Below are positions 1-12,084 of a stretch of 64,000 nt of DNA, piece after piece (position 1 is the stretch's first letter; every line of letters starts with the position of its first letter). The stretch comes from Hemiscyllium ocellatum (lineage: Eukaryota), in the NCBI RefSeq assembly GCF_020745735.1, contig NC_083403.1, forward strand, positions 62,281,003-62,345,002, written 5' to 3'. A program made the translations under genes and the position numbers. The notes beneath the pieces are model-generated. The model worked only from the letters and a program-made list of their open reading frames with translations. It did no database searches and had not been told where the DNA came from.

Positions 1-636
1 AAAACATAAATTATGAACAAAGAAAATTCAGTGCAACTTAATGAAAGGTTTTAATACAAAAACATTTTTTTGATTTAATTTTAAATCGTGTTGCTTGCTT
101 ATTTGACAAATTTAATTGTCTATTCTCAGCAAAAATATAAATCTAACTCAATAGTTTGTACTATTAACTTCAGCAAAACATCTGGCTTGACACTGCAAGG
201 CAAACACTAGATCTAATGCAAGATTGATGGAAAACTTGTGATAAATGTAGCAATATGTATGTTCACTAGATATAGCTATCTAACAGATGGTTGACTAGCC
301 TATTATAATATTGCTTTTTCTTCCCAAATCTGAATTTAAATCCAATTGGAACTATGAGGATGAAATTTATTTTGACTGCTAACTCCTGGGCCCTATTTGA
401 AATACACTTAAAATGATGGCTTCAAACCAGTTGCAAATGGAAATTATCAACAACATAAATGCGTTGGATATGACACAAAGTGACACCGAAAAGGAATTCT
501 TATTCAAGGGAACAGAAGTATAGTTGCCTGCCAAATGTAAAAATGCACAACGAAGATCTTTGTCAGAGGTTGTTACTGCTGCAAATGTGTTGCTGGTCAA
601 AGCACAGCAGGTTAGGCAGCATCTCAGGAATAGAGA

Positions 637-672
637 ATTCGACGTTTCGAGCATAAGCCCTTCATCAGGAAT
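637..672 (-). ncRNA. minimal type I hammerhead ribozyme motif (inverted copy)
   Basis: Exact reverse complement of the 1581-1616 motif. Confidence 0.8.
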
Positions 673-1580
673 AAGAGAGAGAGAGCCAAGCCCTCCACCG
701 CATCTCCTCCACTTCCCGCTCCTCCGCCCTTGAGCCCCGCTCCTCCAACCGCCACCAAGACAGAACCCCACTGGTTCTCACCTACCACCCCACCAACCTG
801 CGCATACAACGTATTATCCGCCGCCATTTCCGCCACCTCCAAACGGACCCCACCACCAAGGATATATTTCCCTCCCCTCCCCTATCAGCGTTCCGCAAGG
901 ACCACTCCCTTCGTGACTCCCTTGTCAGATCCACACCCCCCAACCCAACCTCCACCCCGGCACCTTCCCCTGCAACCGCAGGAAATGTAAAACTTGCGCC
1001 CACACCTCCACACTCACTTCCCTCCAAGGCCCCAAGGGATCCTTCCATATCCGCCACAAGTTCACCTGTACCTCCACACACATCATCTATTGCATCCGCT
1101 GCACCCGATGTGGCCTCCTCTATATTGGTGAGACAGGCCGCTTACTTGCGGAACGCTTCAGAGAACACCTCTGGGCCGCCCGAACCAACCAACCCAATCA
1201 CCCGTGGCTCAACACTTTAACTCCCCTCCCACTCCACCGAGGACATGCAGGTCCTTGGACTCCTCCACCGGCAGAACACAACTACACGACGGCTGGAGGA
1301 GGAGCGCCTCATCTTCCGCCTGGGAACCCTCCAACCACAAGGTATGAATTCAGATTTCTCCAGCTTCCTCATTTCCCCTCCCCCCACCTTGTCTCAGTCG
1401 GTTCCCTCAACTCAGCACCGCCCTCCTAACCTGCAATCCTCTTCCTGACCTCTCCGCCCCCACCCCACTCCGGCCTATCACCCTCACCTTGACCTCCTTC
1501 CACCTATCCCACCTCCATCGCCCCTCCCCTAGTCCCTCCTCCCTACCTTTTATCTCAGCCGGCTTGGCTCTCTCTCTCTT

Positions 1581-1616
1581 ATTCCTGATGAAGGGCTTAT
1601 GCTCGAAACGTCGAAT
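1581..1616 (+). ncRNA. minimal type I hammerhead ribozyme motif (PLE pseudo-LTR, family A)
   Basis: ATTC-CTGATGA-A-GGGC-TTAT-GCTC-GAAAC-GTC^GAAT: stem I ATTC/GAAT, stem II GGGC/GCTC, loopless ACGT stem III; predicted cleavage after C1612. Confidence 0.82.
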
Positions 1617-2103
1617 TCTCTATTCCTGAGATGCTGCCTAACCTGCTGTGCTTTGACCAGCAACACATTTGCAGCTGTGATCTCCAGCATCTGCAGACCT
1701 CATTTTTTACTCAGAGGTTGTTACTGATCATAGACCTTGATGAGCATAAGATAATCTCAAATGCACTTTCAGGAAAAATAATTTCCTATTCAATTATTCT
1801 ACTATGGGATTATTGCAATTCTATGTTGATTATGGCACAAAGCTTTTGCTGACAAAAGCTGCAAGAAATTGTCTGTGATATGACAAACTTATGTTCATGC
1901 CCATCAAGAAACTGCTGTGCTAATATTGTAGAAAAGGGAATAGTTTAATCTCTTATAAATTTAATTTCTGAATGTTTTTTAGTAAGTTAAAAGACAAGTA
2001 TGTTCAGAAGACTGGGTATTGTTTATATTGATGGCATTCTGTTCACTTAGTTACTGATCTTAGCTGTGACATATTGAAGAGGTGTTAAGTAGAGGCTATA
2101 AAG

Positions 2104-2104
<1 letters not shown>

Positions 2105-2140
<36 letters not shown>
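2105..2140. repeat. (TG)18 microsatellite
   Basis: Read directly. Confidence 0.98.
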
Positions 2141-2142
<2 letters not shown>

Positions 2143-2325
2143 CGAGAAACAGAGAGAATATTACCACATGCATCACCTCAGGCTGTTCTTACAGTTCCAA
2201 GCAGCTGGTGTCAGAACAGCTTTGGCAAAGGCCTGGGAACAGATTGTCCAGTATCCACAGATTATCAGGAAATGATGTATAGCCTGGATAGATTCTAGAA
2301 AAAAGGAGTGGTAGAGTGGTAGTTT

Positions 2326-2650
2326 GGCACGGTGGTTCAGTGGTTAGCACTGCTTCTTCACAGTGCTAGGGATCCGTGTTCGATTCCCACCTCAGGCGAC
2401 TGTCTGTGTAGTGTTTGCACATTCCCATGTCTGTGTGGGTTTCCTCCGGTTTCCTCCCATAATCCAAAAGATGTGAAGGTTAGGTGAATTGGCCATGCTC
2501 AATTGCCCATAGTGTTCAGGGATGTGTAGGTTAGGTGCATTAGTTAGGGTTAAATGTAGAGCAATAGGTAGGGGAATTGGTCTGGGTGGGTTACTCTCTG
2601 GAGGGTTGGTGTGGGCTTGTTGATCTGTTTACACACTGTAGGGAATCTAA
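2326..2650 (+). mobile_element. tRNA-derived HE1/V-SINE-like element
   Basis: A box TGGTTCAGTGG, B box GTTCGATTCC, V-domain-like TTTGCACATT...GGGTTTCCTCCGG...GGTTAGGTGAATTGGCCATGC, CR1-like tail. Confidence 0.85.
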
Positions 2651-2781
2651 GTTCAAAATCTGAACGCGGATTTCAACACTTCTGATAGCTCAGCTGGATA
2701 AAGGTAGTGGATAGCTCAGCCTTCAGAACCTGAAGGTGACAGATACAATCTCTCAGCTGTGATGATAGGCTCAGATAGGAT

Positions 2782-2872
2782 GGAGTCAGAAGTCACATGA
2801 TACCAGGTTATAGTCCAACAGTTTATTTTAAATCACAAGCTTTCAGAGCGCTGTTCCTTCATCAGGTGAAGT
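2782..2872 (-). mobile_element. solo PLE pseudo-LTR fragment with hammerhead motif (family D, 2834-2868)
   Basis: Minus strand CAC-CTGATGA-A-GGAAC-AGC-GCTCT-GAAAG-CTT^GTG (stem I CAC/GTG, AAGCTT palindrome). Flanked by GATAGGAT at 2774-2781 and 2873-2880. Confidence 0.65.
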
Positions 2873-4223
2873 GATAGGATATTACAGGAGTACGATGATT
2901 AACTTCAGTTCTCTGTTGAGTTAGGGAACATCTCTCTTCCTGAGGGTTATCCACTGACCCCTGCTGGAAGCGAGTATGTACATGTGTCAGCTAAGGGCTA
3001 ATTGGTTGTGATTACATCAATGCATGAACATTTGTGTGCACTAAGATTTGACTGATGCAGAAAGTACAATGTGTCACTAAAGTGTCATTCATGAGAACGA
3101 ATGAGAACAGGTAACCAGGGGATCAGAGGAGGAGAAGTGTGGCATTCTCCGAAAATGTCCTGATCTCCTTTTATAATCTTGGTGGGAAATCACAGGGTAC
3201 AGCCCAAACTGCTGAATCATTGAGTTTTCTGGAAAAACTCAAACATGTAACGGTATCTGTAGAGAGAGAAACAGAGTCAACAGACTGAATCATCCTCTGG
3301 GATTGGGACCATATGCAGATCCCAAGCCCATGCAAGGCCTCCTTACATTCATCAGAGAAACTATTCATGAGGGAGCCAAAACCCTAACTAATACTTTACT
3401 GTTGGCAGACTGTGTCAGTGTTCAGCTGGGACCCAAACTGGGAAAGGTGAGCACTGCTGAAAAAGAGGGAAACCCTACATGGTGCTCACAAAAGCCTCTT
3501 CAATGGTGGCAGAGATCACTAAGTACTGTGAGGGAGTTCAACATAGAGGGTATGCTCCCTCCAGAAGACTGGTTAACACAGCACCGGTAAGCATTGAGGC
3601 CATCAAATGCTGTCAACCAATTCAGCCATCCTTGACCTACTGGTGAGGCGCTGGCTCCACAGTGTTGCTGGGCTCCCAACTCAGAAGGGGAGGTTGCCCA
3701 GCTGGGGAAATTGGATCGTGAATGGGGCTTTAATAAGCTTCACTACGTTCTTGCCTGCCTCTGAGCAGCAAGCTGCCAATTCCATCGCTGCACTTCCAGA
3801 GCCTACATTTTCTCCCCACCAGACCTCAGATGATATTCTCACCATGCCAGCTTGTAGGATCCCACCTCTGTTCATTTTCTGCAGTACCTTTTGAGTCATG
3901 CAAATATTTATTTATGTACTGTGGCATTCACTTATTTATCTATCTACAGCCAGTAAGGAAAATAAGATATTTCTCAGGAATCAATAAAATTAAACATTTA
4001 TTTTACTTCCTCATAGGAGCTCTTTCACAAACTGCTCACCCATTTACTTAGCACGATGGAAAACAGAATTGTATCGCTGAATTTTAACTCTCAGGCCAGT
4101 TTGTAGGATGGCTGCTGCAATTGCATATGACTTCTAGACCCCAGCCTATTAGAAGAGAACTGTCAGTGTGGCCTCCAATCATTTCCATTTTGACAACTGC
4201 AGAGAAGGAGCCTGTGGAGATAA

Positions 4224-4433
4224 AAACAATGACTGCAGATGCTGGAAACCATATTCTGGGTTAATGGTGCTGGAAGAACACAGCAGTTCAGGCAGCATCC
4301 AAGGAGCAGCGAAATTGACATTCCGGGCATCTTTATTCCTGATGAAGGGCTTTTGCCCGAAACGTCGATTTCGCTGCTCCTTGGATGCTGACTGAACTGC
4401 TGTGCTCTTCCAGCACCAGTAACACAGAATCCA
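4224..4433. mobile_element. fold-back PLE-derived mini-element with + strand hammerhead (4335-4370)
   Basis: Arms are reverse complements; ATTC-CTGATGA-A-GGGC-TTTT-GCCC-GAAAC-GTC. TSD GTGGAGATAA at 4214-4223 and 4434-4443. Confidence 0.85.
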
Positions 4434-4547
4434 GTGGAGATAAGCCATGTCTTGGCTTTCTTAACCATCAGAGGTGGAGAGATAGTCTCTTATCTAACTG
4501 TTGACTGAAGTGAATGCCACATAGCCAAGGGCACACAGAATTTGCTC

Positions 4548-4915
4548 GTGTTGTTATGTGAGGGTCTAGCTACCTGTCTTGCTGGCCCCTCACTGGAGTG
4601 TCTCTCAGAAACGGCAGAATATGCATATGAGCTGATTGACAACATAATCCTCAAAGTGAGTAAATTTGATGCCATGCAATGATGACTTATTATCGTCCTA
4701 CATTATCAGTTTGAATGCATGCCTTTATTTTCCCATAAGCCCCTTTAAGTACTTCTCAGAAGGTTGAATTGGGGGAGCTCAAAGACTTCTCAGAGAAATT
4801 TACTCACTTTGAGGATTATGTTGTCAATCAGCTCATATGCACATTCTGCCATTTCTGAGAGACACTCCTGTGAGGGGCCAACAAGACAGGTAGCTAGACT
4901 CTCACATAATAACAC
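4548..4915. repeat. local inverted duplication, 120-bp arms (4548-4667 / 4796-4915)
   Basis: Manual alignment: 6 mismatches in 120 bp, 128-bp spacer. Confidence 0.92.
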
Positions 4916-6235
4916 ACATCACAATTGTGTGAGAATAGCTGTGGAAAAGGACAGAAACCAACTTCTAATAGGAAGCTTAAGTCCCACCAAGCTTTGCTCG
5001 GCTTGACCCACCTGATAAGGCTTCGGGAGTCCATCATTGAAGTAGTCAAGTCTGGAGCAGCAGCTGAAAGTGTGTGAGATTCTGTCATTCTGAGCAGCAG
5101 CATTGTGCAGGCTTGTGGAGAAATTGAGGAGTCTATTTCTATCATGAGCATGACGATGTCTCAGACTTTATACACCCATGGAAGAAGTGGACAACTGTAT
5201 GCAGCATCACACATGATGAAAACTGCGTTTATGCTTTTCCAATCTAATGCAGAATTCCACCTTAATTCAAACTGTTGAATCTGTAGCCCCAGCCAATGTG
5301 TCTTACTGAAATGCAGCAAAGTGCTCCCCAGCTCATGATGAGCAGGATAGTGCAAATGAATCTAAGAGAGTATTTTGGCAAAGAGAAATGGGGAAAGGAA
5401 ACACAGCTCAAGGTACTTATTCTTCTGATCCCTAACTCCCTTCCACATCATCAGTGAGAGCCCTACATGCAATTTCCTGACCCATTAGCTGAGCCTGTCT
5501 GTACAAGGGGAGCTGTCCAAACTTATGGACCTAAAACTCAGAAGACATCAGCCAAGAGACCTGAGTCTGCAGAGTGCTGAGCAGCCTCTCTTTACCTGTA
5601 CTGAAGCCACAGATAATTCACTACGTCGGTAGAGTAAGAAAAGGAAAGTAAAAATTGTACTGACACAAGGCATGCAAGTAGGTTTTCAAAGATGTTTCAT
5701 TACATTTTTGTTTAGTGTATCCATGTCATTTAATTTCTTTATTTGCTCCATTTTCCTGTGTTGAATTGTTTTGCCTCTTGCCAGGCAAGTAGCCTTTGAA
5801 GAATAGTAAGGTAAGACTTAAAGCTGAGCATTGGGCATCTGTGGAAAGAATGAATTGTTAATTGTGGAATAACTTTGTGCTGAGGGTGATTGTGGGCAAT
5901 GGAAAGGTGTTTCAGACTTTGTGGATAATATAGAAGCACTCTGTCAATTTAAGGGAAGGGTGTCTAAATCAGGCTATCTTTGGCAGATATATGTATATAT
6001 TTCCTCCCAATATCATGTTTCTCCTCCAAAAAAAACAAGATACTTTGAATCCTCCTCTTTTTTGGAGTCCTAATCAGAGTTGTGTAATGTAGTGCAAAGT
6101 GTAGCAGACTACCATCATTCAGCTGATACATACTGAAGAGTATCCCCAGATCTATCCAGGCACCTGAAGTGCATCAAGATTTCTGGTTCTGTTGTAGATT
6201 TTATGTATCTCTTGTGCCATGGCTCAGTTGTTAGA

Positions 6236-7378
6236 GACAAAAATAACCTGCAGATGCTGGAATCCAAGGTAGACAGCAAGCCAGGCAGCATCAGGAGGTG
6301 GAGAGGTCGACTTTTCATACGTAACCCTTCTTCAGGACTGGGGATGGTTGTAAGGGGAGCTGCAGATAAAGGGGGTGGCGGAGATGGGGTGATGAAGTGG
6401 GGATAGATGAAGACAGGTAGAGGGTACGACTAGTTGGTCAATTGGAGGAATGAATCCAGTAGGTGGCAGGGAGCAGTGGAAGGTTATTTGAAATTGGACA
6501 AGTCAGTGCTGAGTCCTCCAGGCTGTAGGCTGCCCAGGTGGAAGACGAGTATAGTTTCTTCAATTTGCGGTTTGGTTCATTGTGACAATGAGGGGTCAAG
6601 GTTGGTCATGTTGGAAAGGGAGTGGGAAGGAGAATTAAAATGGGCGGTGACCGGGAGGTCCAGTCAGCCCCTGCGGACTCAGCTGAAATGCTCATGAGCT
6701 GTTCCCTAAGTTTACATTTGGTCTCCTCAATGTAGAGGGGAAAACATCGAGAGCACCTGATGCAGTAAATTAGGTTGGAGGAGAGGCAGGTGAACCTCTG
6801 TCTCACCTAGAAGGACAGTTTAGGGCCCTGGATGGAGGTGAGGGGGGTGGTGTGCAGGCAGGTTTTGCATCTTTTCTGGTTGTAGGGAAAGATACCTGGG
6901 GGTTCAGGGGGGTTGGTGGGGAGAGTGGCGCAAATCAAGAACTGTTGATGGGAATGGTCCTTGCAGAAGGCAGAGAGGAGTGAGGAGGAGAACATGTTCT
7001 TGGTGGGATCTAGTTGGAATTGGTGGAAGTGTTTAATTGGATGCGGAGAATGTGGGGTGGTAGGTGAGGACAAGGGGGACTCTGTCTTTATTGCATTTGG
7101 AGGAACAGGGGCGTTAGAGCAGTGGGATGAGGATGGAGGGGGTGCGGTGGAGGGCTATCTGGATGACAGAGGGAGGAAAAGCACATTGTTCAAAATAAGC
7201 TGACATCTGGGATGTTTGGGAGTGGAATGTCTCCTCGTTTGAGCAGATGCGGCAGAGACAAAGGAATTGGGAGAACAAGTGTTTGCAGGATATTGGGTGG
7301 GAGAAGATGTTGTCCAGATATTTGTAAGAGTCTGTGGGTTTATATTAAATGTCCATCTGGAGACTGTCACCGGAGACA
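6236..7378 (-). mobile_element. Penelope-like element fragment (RT C-terminus, linker, GIY-YIG, degenerate hammerhead)
   Basis: Minus-strand YKPTDSYKYLD..HP..SQFLCLCRICS, NQKRCKTC, SSNLIYCIRCSRCFPLYIEETK. Pseudo-LTR with GTC-CTGAAGA...GAAAA-GTC-GAC near 6305-6340. Possible TSD AGTTGTTAGA/AGTTGTTGGA. Confidence 0.85.
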
Positions 7379-7380
7379 AG

Positions 7381-7860
7381 TTGTTGGACGTGCCATTGTT
7401 TGGATGAGACGTTAAAGCTGGCGTTCAGTGTTCCTTCACTGATGGATATAGAAGGTTCTATGGCACTACTTCAGAGAGGGCCATTTGAATTGACCCTGGT
7501 GTCCTGTCTAACGTTTATCCTGCAATCAACATCACAAAAACAGATTACAGAGGGACCACGATTATCTGGCATCCGATTATCCGAATATCGGATTATCTGA
7601 CAAGATCGCAATGTCCCGATGCTCGGCTAAACTACGCTATCCGGAATTCAATTAACTGAACGAAATATTCCCTGCCCATATCCTTTTGGATAATTGAGGT
7701 TCCTCTGTAAGTACTTAACACATCAGTGTCTGTGGGAGTTTATTCTGCACGAATTCGGCTGCTACATTTTCTACATTGCAATGATGACAGTTTTAAAAAA
7801 AAATTCATTGGCTGAGAAATACATTGAGAAATATAACGCAATATAAAAGTAAGTTTTTTC
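7381..7860 (+). mobile_element. Deu-domain SINE (SacSINE1/AmnSINE1-like)
   Basis: GGATGAGACGTTAAA..ATGGCACTA..CAACATCACAAAAACAGATTA..TTCATTGGCTG..TCTTT-type tail; similar copy at 21840-22155. Confidence 0.7.
7548..7707. mobile_element. pogo/Tigger-like MITE (160 bp)
   Basis: TIRs CAGAGGGACCACGATTATC / GATAATTGAGGTTCCTCTG, TA on both sides (7546-47, 7708-09), internal GATTATCYG repeats. Confidence 0.82.
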
Positions 7861-8156
7861 TGTCCTGGGCATTATTGTCTTAGTTCCTCACATTACAACT
7901 AACCATGTCTTCAGAGGGCTACTCTGATCTGCAAGGAGCAATCTGCTATCTCCGCGTTGAGGTATTGAAAATCTCCGGGAGCCATGAAGCATCATGCCAG
8001 CTCTCTGGAATCACACACCAGTCTTTTGGTGGCTCCCAGGAGGTGAACATTGATGGAATGGAATACCAACAGAAAATGTCACAATATTCAGCAGGTCAGG
8101 CAACATCTACAGAAAGAAAAATTAGACGTTTCAGGTCGATGAAGATGGGGGAAGAC

Positions 8157-8425
8157 AGTGGTGTAGTGAAAGTGTCATGGAACTCGTCATCCAGAGGTCT
8201 AGTCTAATGCTGTGAGGCATGGCCGTAAATCCCACCACGGGGCACCGAGTAGAATTTAAATATAATTAATAAATCTGAAACACAAATCTGGCTTCAGTAG
8301 TGATGACCATCAGTTGTCAGAAAACTCCATCCTGTTTACTAAAGTCCTTCAGGGAAGGAAATCTGTCGTCCTTATGTAGTCTGGTCTACACATGAGTCCA
8401 GACTCGCATTAATGTTGGTCACTCT
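8157..8425 (+). mobile_element. tRNA-head SINE-like repeat (further copies ~19780-19950, ~41200-41440, minus ~43910-44240)
   Basis: Recurrent AAATCCCACCAYGG...AGGAAGGAAATCTG...TCTGGTCTACATGTGACTCCAG motifs in several places in the window. Confidence 0.6.
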
Positions 8426-9039
8426 GGCACTGCATGCAATCAGGTTCACTTGGCAGGCCATCTTCCAGGAGGCTACAAGTGTAAACAGTTACTTGGTGCG
8501 AATCTGAGAATCTTCTAAGGCACATGTGCTCCGTCATGTCCAAGAAGCTGATCCTGTGTCTGTAAACCATATCTTGCCTCTTGCGAATTGAAGCCTCTGT
8601 GCTCCTTGCTTCCCCCCCGGGATGAGAGGTTTTGGAGCAGAAGGAGCTTCTGCTGCTGATAATGTCCCAGGTACGGCTGCATCCGCTGATGCCATGCTGC
8701 TGTGTAGGTTGACAGCTGGGAAATACAGACCGAATAATATCAACTCAGAGTAATGAAAGCCTCCTCCAAACATTCTCAGAACAAGGCCTGTGAGCAAAAG
8801 CCTTTCACTCATAAAAGAAGCAGGTGTGAGATCTTAGTATTTAAAGTCAATCCTCAAGTCCTGTGACATTGATTTTCCTGCTGAATTCCATAAAGCCTAG
8901 GAAATGTGTGCACACTGAGCAAAAGTCAGAAGTCTGAGTTTAAAAAAACCTGATAATGAGCACTTCACAAATTTAAACTGGCAATTTGCCCATGCTATGG
9001 AGGCTTCCTAAGAATTGCAGTCTGCACTGAAGTTATAAG

Positions 9040-10400
9040 CTTCTGAAATAGGAGCAGAAGTAGACAATTTCCTCCACCATTCAATTAGATCACAACTGAC
9101 ATGCTTATATTTCACATTCCACTTTCCCATTTAACCACAATAATCTTTAACTATCCTCGTCTAACAAAAATATATCTACCTCAGTCTGAAAAATGTTCAG
9201 TCATCCCAAGGCAGAAAGTCAAACTAGCACAAACTCCTTAGAGAAAGCATTTCTCTTCATTTTTGTCCAGAAGAGGAGACCTCTAATTTTAAGACTGTGT
9301 CCCACACTTTTGGGCTTTCTCACAAGAGCAAAATGAGGTTCCAATGTGCATCACCTCATGATTCTCTATATTGAACTTCTTATCTGCTCATTCTGCCAAT
9401 GTGTCTGTATTCTTTTGAATTTCTACACTGTCTTTATCACAGTTTACAATTCTGCTAGGTTTTATGTCATTCACCATATTTGAAATCACACCAAGATCTA
9501 GATATATATTTAAAAAAGCATGGTTTGCAATCACAACCTCTGGGAATCTCCAATACAAATCTTAACTCATCCCAAAAATACCGATAAGCCATTACTGTGA
9601 TTCTTACCCCTAAGCCAATGTTGTGTCAATGTCATTACTATCCCTTTGCATCCATAACTCTCCTCAGGTCTGTGTGACACTGTATTACAATGCCTTTTGG
9701 AAGTCCCTGTACACCACATAAACAGCTTTCTTCTCATCAACCCTCTGTGTTACCTCTTCAGAATACTCCGGCCATCTAGTTGGATATATTTTTCCCTGAA
9801 AGTCCGTGGTAACTCTTCCAAACCCATTCACATATTTCAGTAGGAATATTAATTTTATCCTAACCGCCATAATTAAAATGACTGGTCTGTAATTGCTGAC
9901 ATGATCATTACAACCTTTTCTGAACAAGGGTGTAATAGTTACAATTCTCCCAACCTCTGGCACCACTCCTGAATTCAGGGACTATCAACAGTTAACTGCC
10001 AGTGCAAGTACAATTTCCACTCTCACTTCCTTCGATATCCTTGAATGCATCTCATCTGGTCTTGGTGTGTTTTGAATTTGTAAATGCTGACAACTTAATC
10101 AATACTACCTCTTTATCAATCATAAACCTTTCAGTGACTCAGTTTCCTGTTCTATCACCGTGGTCTGGGCAGCATCTGCTTCATTGGGAAAGACAGATTC
10201 AAGATTTTCATTTATCACAAGTCATGCTTATTATCACCCCTTTTTGACACCTAATTAGGCCTACCCCTCTCTTTCCCACCTTTATACCGTTAATGTGTTT
10301 TTACAAGATTTTGGTCAACAGCCAATCTGCCATCATAACCTTTCTTTGCTCCTTGTATTTGCTTTTTCACCAATCTTCTAATAGCTCTGAATTTATCTTG
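9040..10400 (-). mobile_element. old CR1-type LINE ORF2 fragment
   Basis: Minus ORF 9685-9966 ITPLFRKG..NYRPV..VYRDFQKA (RT motifs); CR1 3' tail near 9050-9300. Confidence 0.8.
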
Positions 10401-11117
10401 ATTCTTAGTTAGTCAGTTTGCAGGGATTCCTTCCAGAAAATTTATGGACATTCCTCAGTAGTGATTTCTTCCAACTTTCCCTGAGACAGAATAAAGCTAA
10501 TTAATTGAATGTCCTCACTGAAATTTAAGGTAATCACTAACTTTTTTAAGTTACTTTGACTCCTTTGCGTTGCTAAACAGCACATCTACTGATATGGATC
10601 ATTCCATCTGAACTGCATCTGCTTCTCCCCTCTGCTTTGTTTTTCTGTAAGTCATAAAATAACAACTTTGTAAACAGTTCAACAATTATCTTGTGAGGTG
10701 GCTGATCCAGTCATTTAGCTTAAACCACATGATTTGTTGGAAATGCTGCTTTATCCCATTGCTGAAAAAAAGTTCTAACCTTTAAAAGAGTCATCTTCAC
10801 TGAACTGAAAACCAAAAATCCATTTAAGTCCCCTTTGTACCCACATTCACAATTAACAACAAAATGTTATGAACTTCATAACATTATGTTAGAAAAGAAA
10901 AATAGAAAATCTGGTGTCTAACACCTTGAAAGTATCTTGTGTAGTTGTTCTTACACTTGAAAATCTCACAGATGCAAAGTTGCAGACTTACACCAGATTA
11001 GCTTCAATGTCACATTCATAAAACAACAACTAGTCGCAACTGAGGTGTTAGAAAACCTTCCAATAATCAAGTAGCATTTTAAGAATTTGCATTTTGAAAG
11101 GAGAATTAAATGCATTT

Positions 11118-11328
11118 ATAAACAGAAACAAAAACAGGAATTGCTAGTAAAACTCAGCTGATGTAGAAGAATCTTTGAAGAGGAAATTGAGTTCAGGGGT
11201 TCCGAAGAAGGGTCATTGAACCCAAAACGTTACCACTGTTTTCTGTCCACAGATGCTGCCAGACCTGCTGAGTTTTCCTAGTAAATTCTGTTTTTGTTTC
11301 TGATTTGCAGTGTCTGTTGTTCTTTGGT
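11118..11328. mobile_element. fold-back PLE-derived mini-element (family C, degenerate hammerhead)
   Basis: Inverted arms around GTTCCGAAGAAGGGTCATTGAACCCAAAACGTT; TTAAATGCATTT at 11106-11117 and 11329-11340. Confidence 0.72.
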
Positions 11329-12084
11329 TTAAATGCATTTTATTTTGGTTTCTGTTGACTGTTTCTGTTCCTAAAATCTTCCCAAGGGAGAAGTCGGCGA
11401 TTTATAATCCAGTAGATACCTACTGCCACACTTAGCACAACAAAAATAAGTATCTATTAAAATGATTTCACATTTTCACATTAAAGAAAATGCCAGCTTA
11501 AACATTGCCCTGCATTGAAAGCAGAATGCTTTCTACATTCCAGGGTATAACATTCCTCCTGTCATAACATGGCATAACCTCTGATTTACTATGAAGTGCA
11601 TTACGGAAAACCTACAAAAGCACATAATTATAGAGCGATATTCTGGAGAAGCCTAGACTGAATAAATTCAAAATCTAGGCACTGAGTGTAACAAGCATAC
11701 TTGCTCAACTGTTGGGAGGAATATTACCAACAAACCAAATTGTATCCCCAGCTACTGTCCATTCATATGCATTTACCAATAGGAATCACATGATAATTCC
11801 TAAGTACAATTAACTTGTCAGAAATTTGGCGCTACAGGGAACACTGCATACAAAGATAAGCTCCTCACCTCCACTTTGGCTTGGATCACCTGACACAGTA
11901 CAGGTCAGGATTAAACTAGAGGTCTTCCCGGGGCGGATACATTTTATCCACTGAACTATGCAAGAAACAAGAAATTATTTTTTTTTCCCAATTAGTTGGT
12001 GAGATTCAAATCAAACTCTTGGATATGTAGAGGCACAAAGTGAAACCAATTTTTTCATCCATAACCTCGTCAATATTCCTTAAG

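Larger units (their letters stand above)
578..1710 (+). mobile_element. 5'-truncated Penelope-like retroelement (Neptune-type) with inverted 5' pseudo-LTR copy
   Basis: Translates to a linker with CNRRKCKTC Zn-knuckle and a GIY-YIG endonuclease (IIYCIRCTRCGLLYIGETGR...EERLIFRLGTLQPQGMN). Perfect 115-bp inverted repeat 578-692/1561-1675. TSD TCAGAGGTTGTTACT at 563-577 and 1711-1725. Confidence 0.92.
6040..8600 (-). mobile_element. degraded PIF/Harbinger transposase remnant interrupted by nested insertions
   Basis: Collinear minus-strand motifs: VYRHRISFLDMTEHMCLRR (~8520-8570), FHSINV..FPESWHDAS..LLADQSSPLKTW (~7900-8070), HFRCLDRSGDTLQY..VVCYTLH (~6090-6175), resembling HARBI1-type DDE transposases. 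Confidence 0.72.

Noticed and set aside
2326-2400. tRNA gene
   Set aside because: A/B boxes run into a SINE body with no acceptor stem; the same holds for the other SINE heads.
4224-4433. Fold-back hairpins as microRNA genes, terminators or CRISPR repeats
   Set aside because: Dispersed, TSD-flanked and homologous to PLE termini; eukaryotic context with no spacer array.
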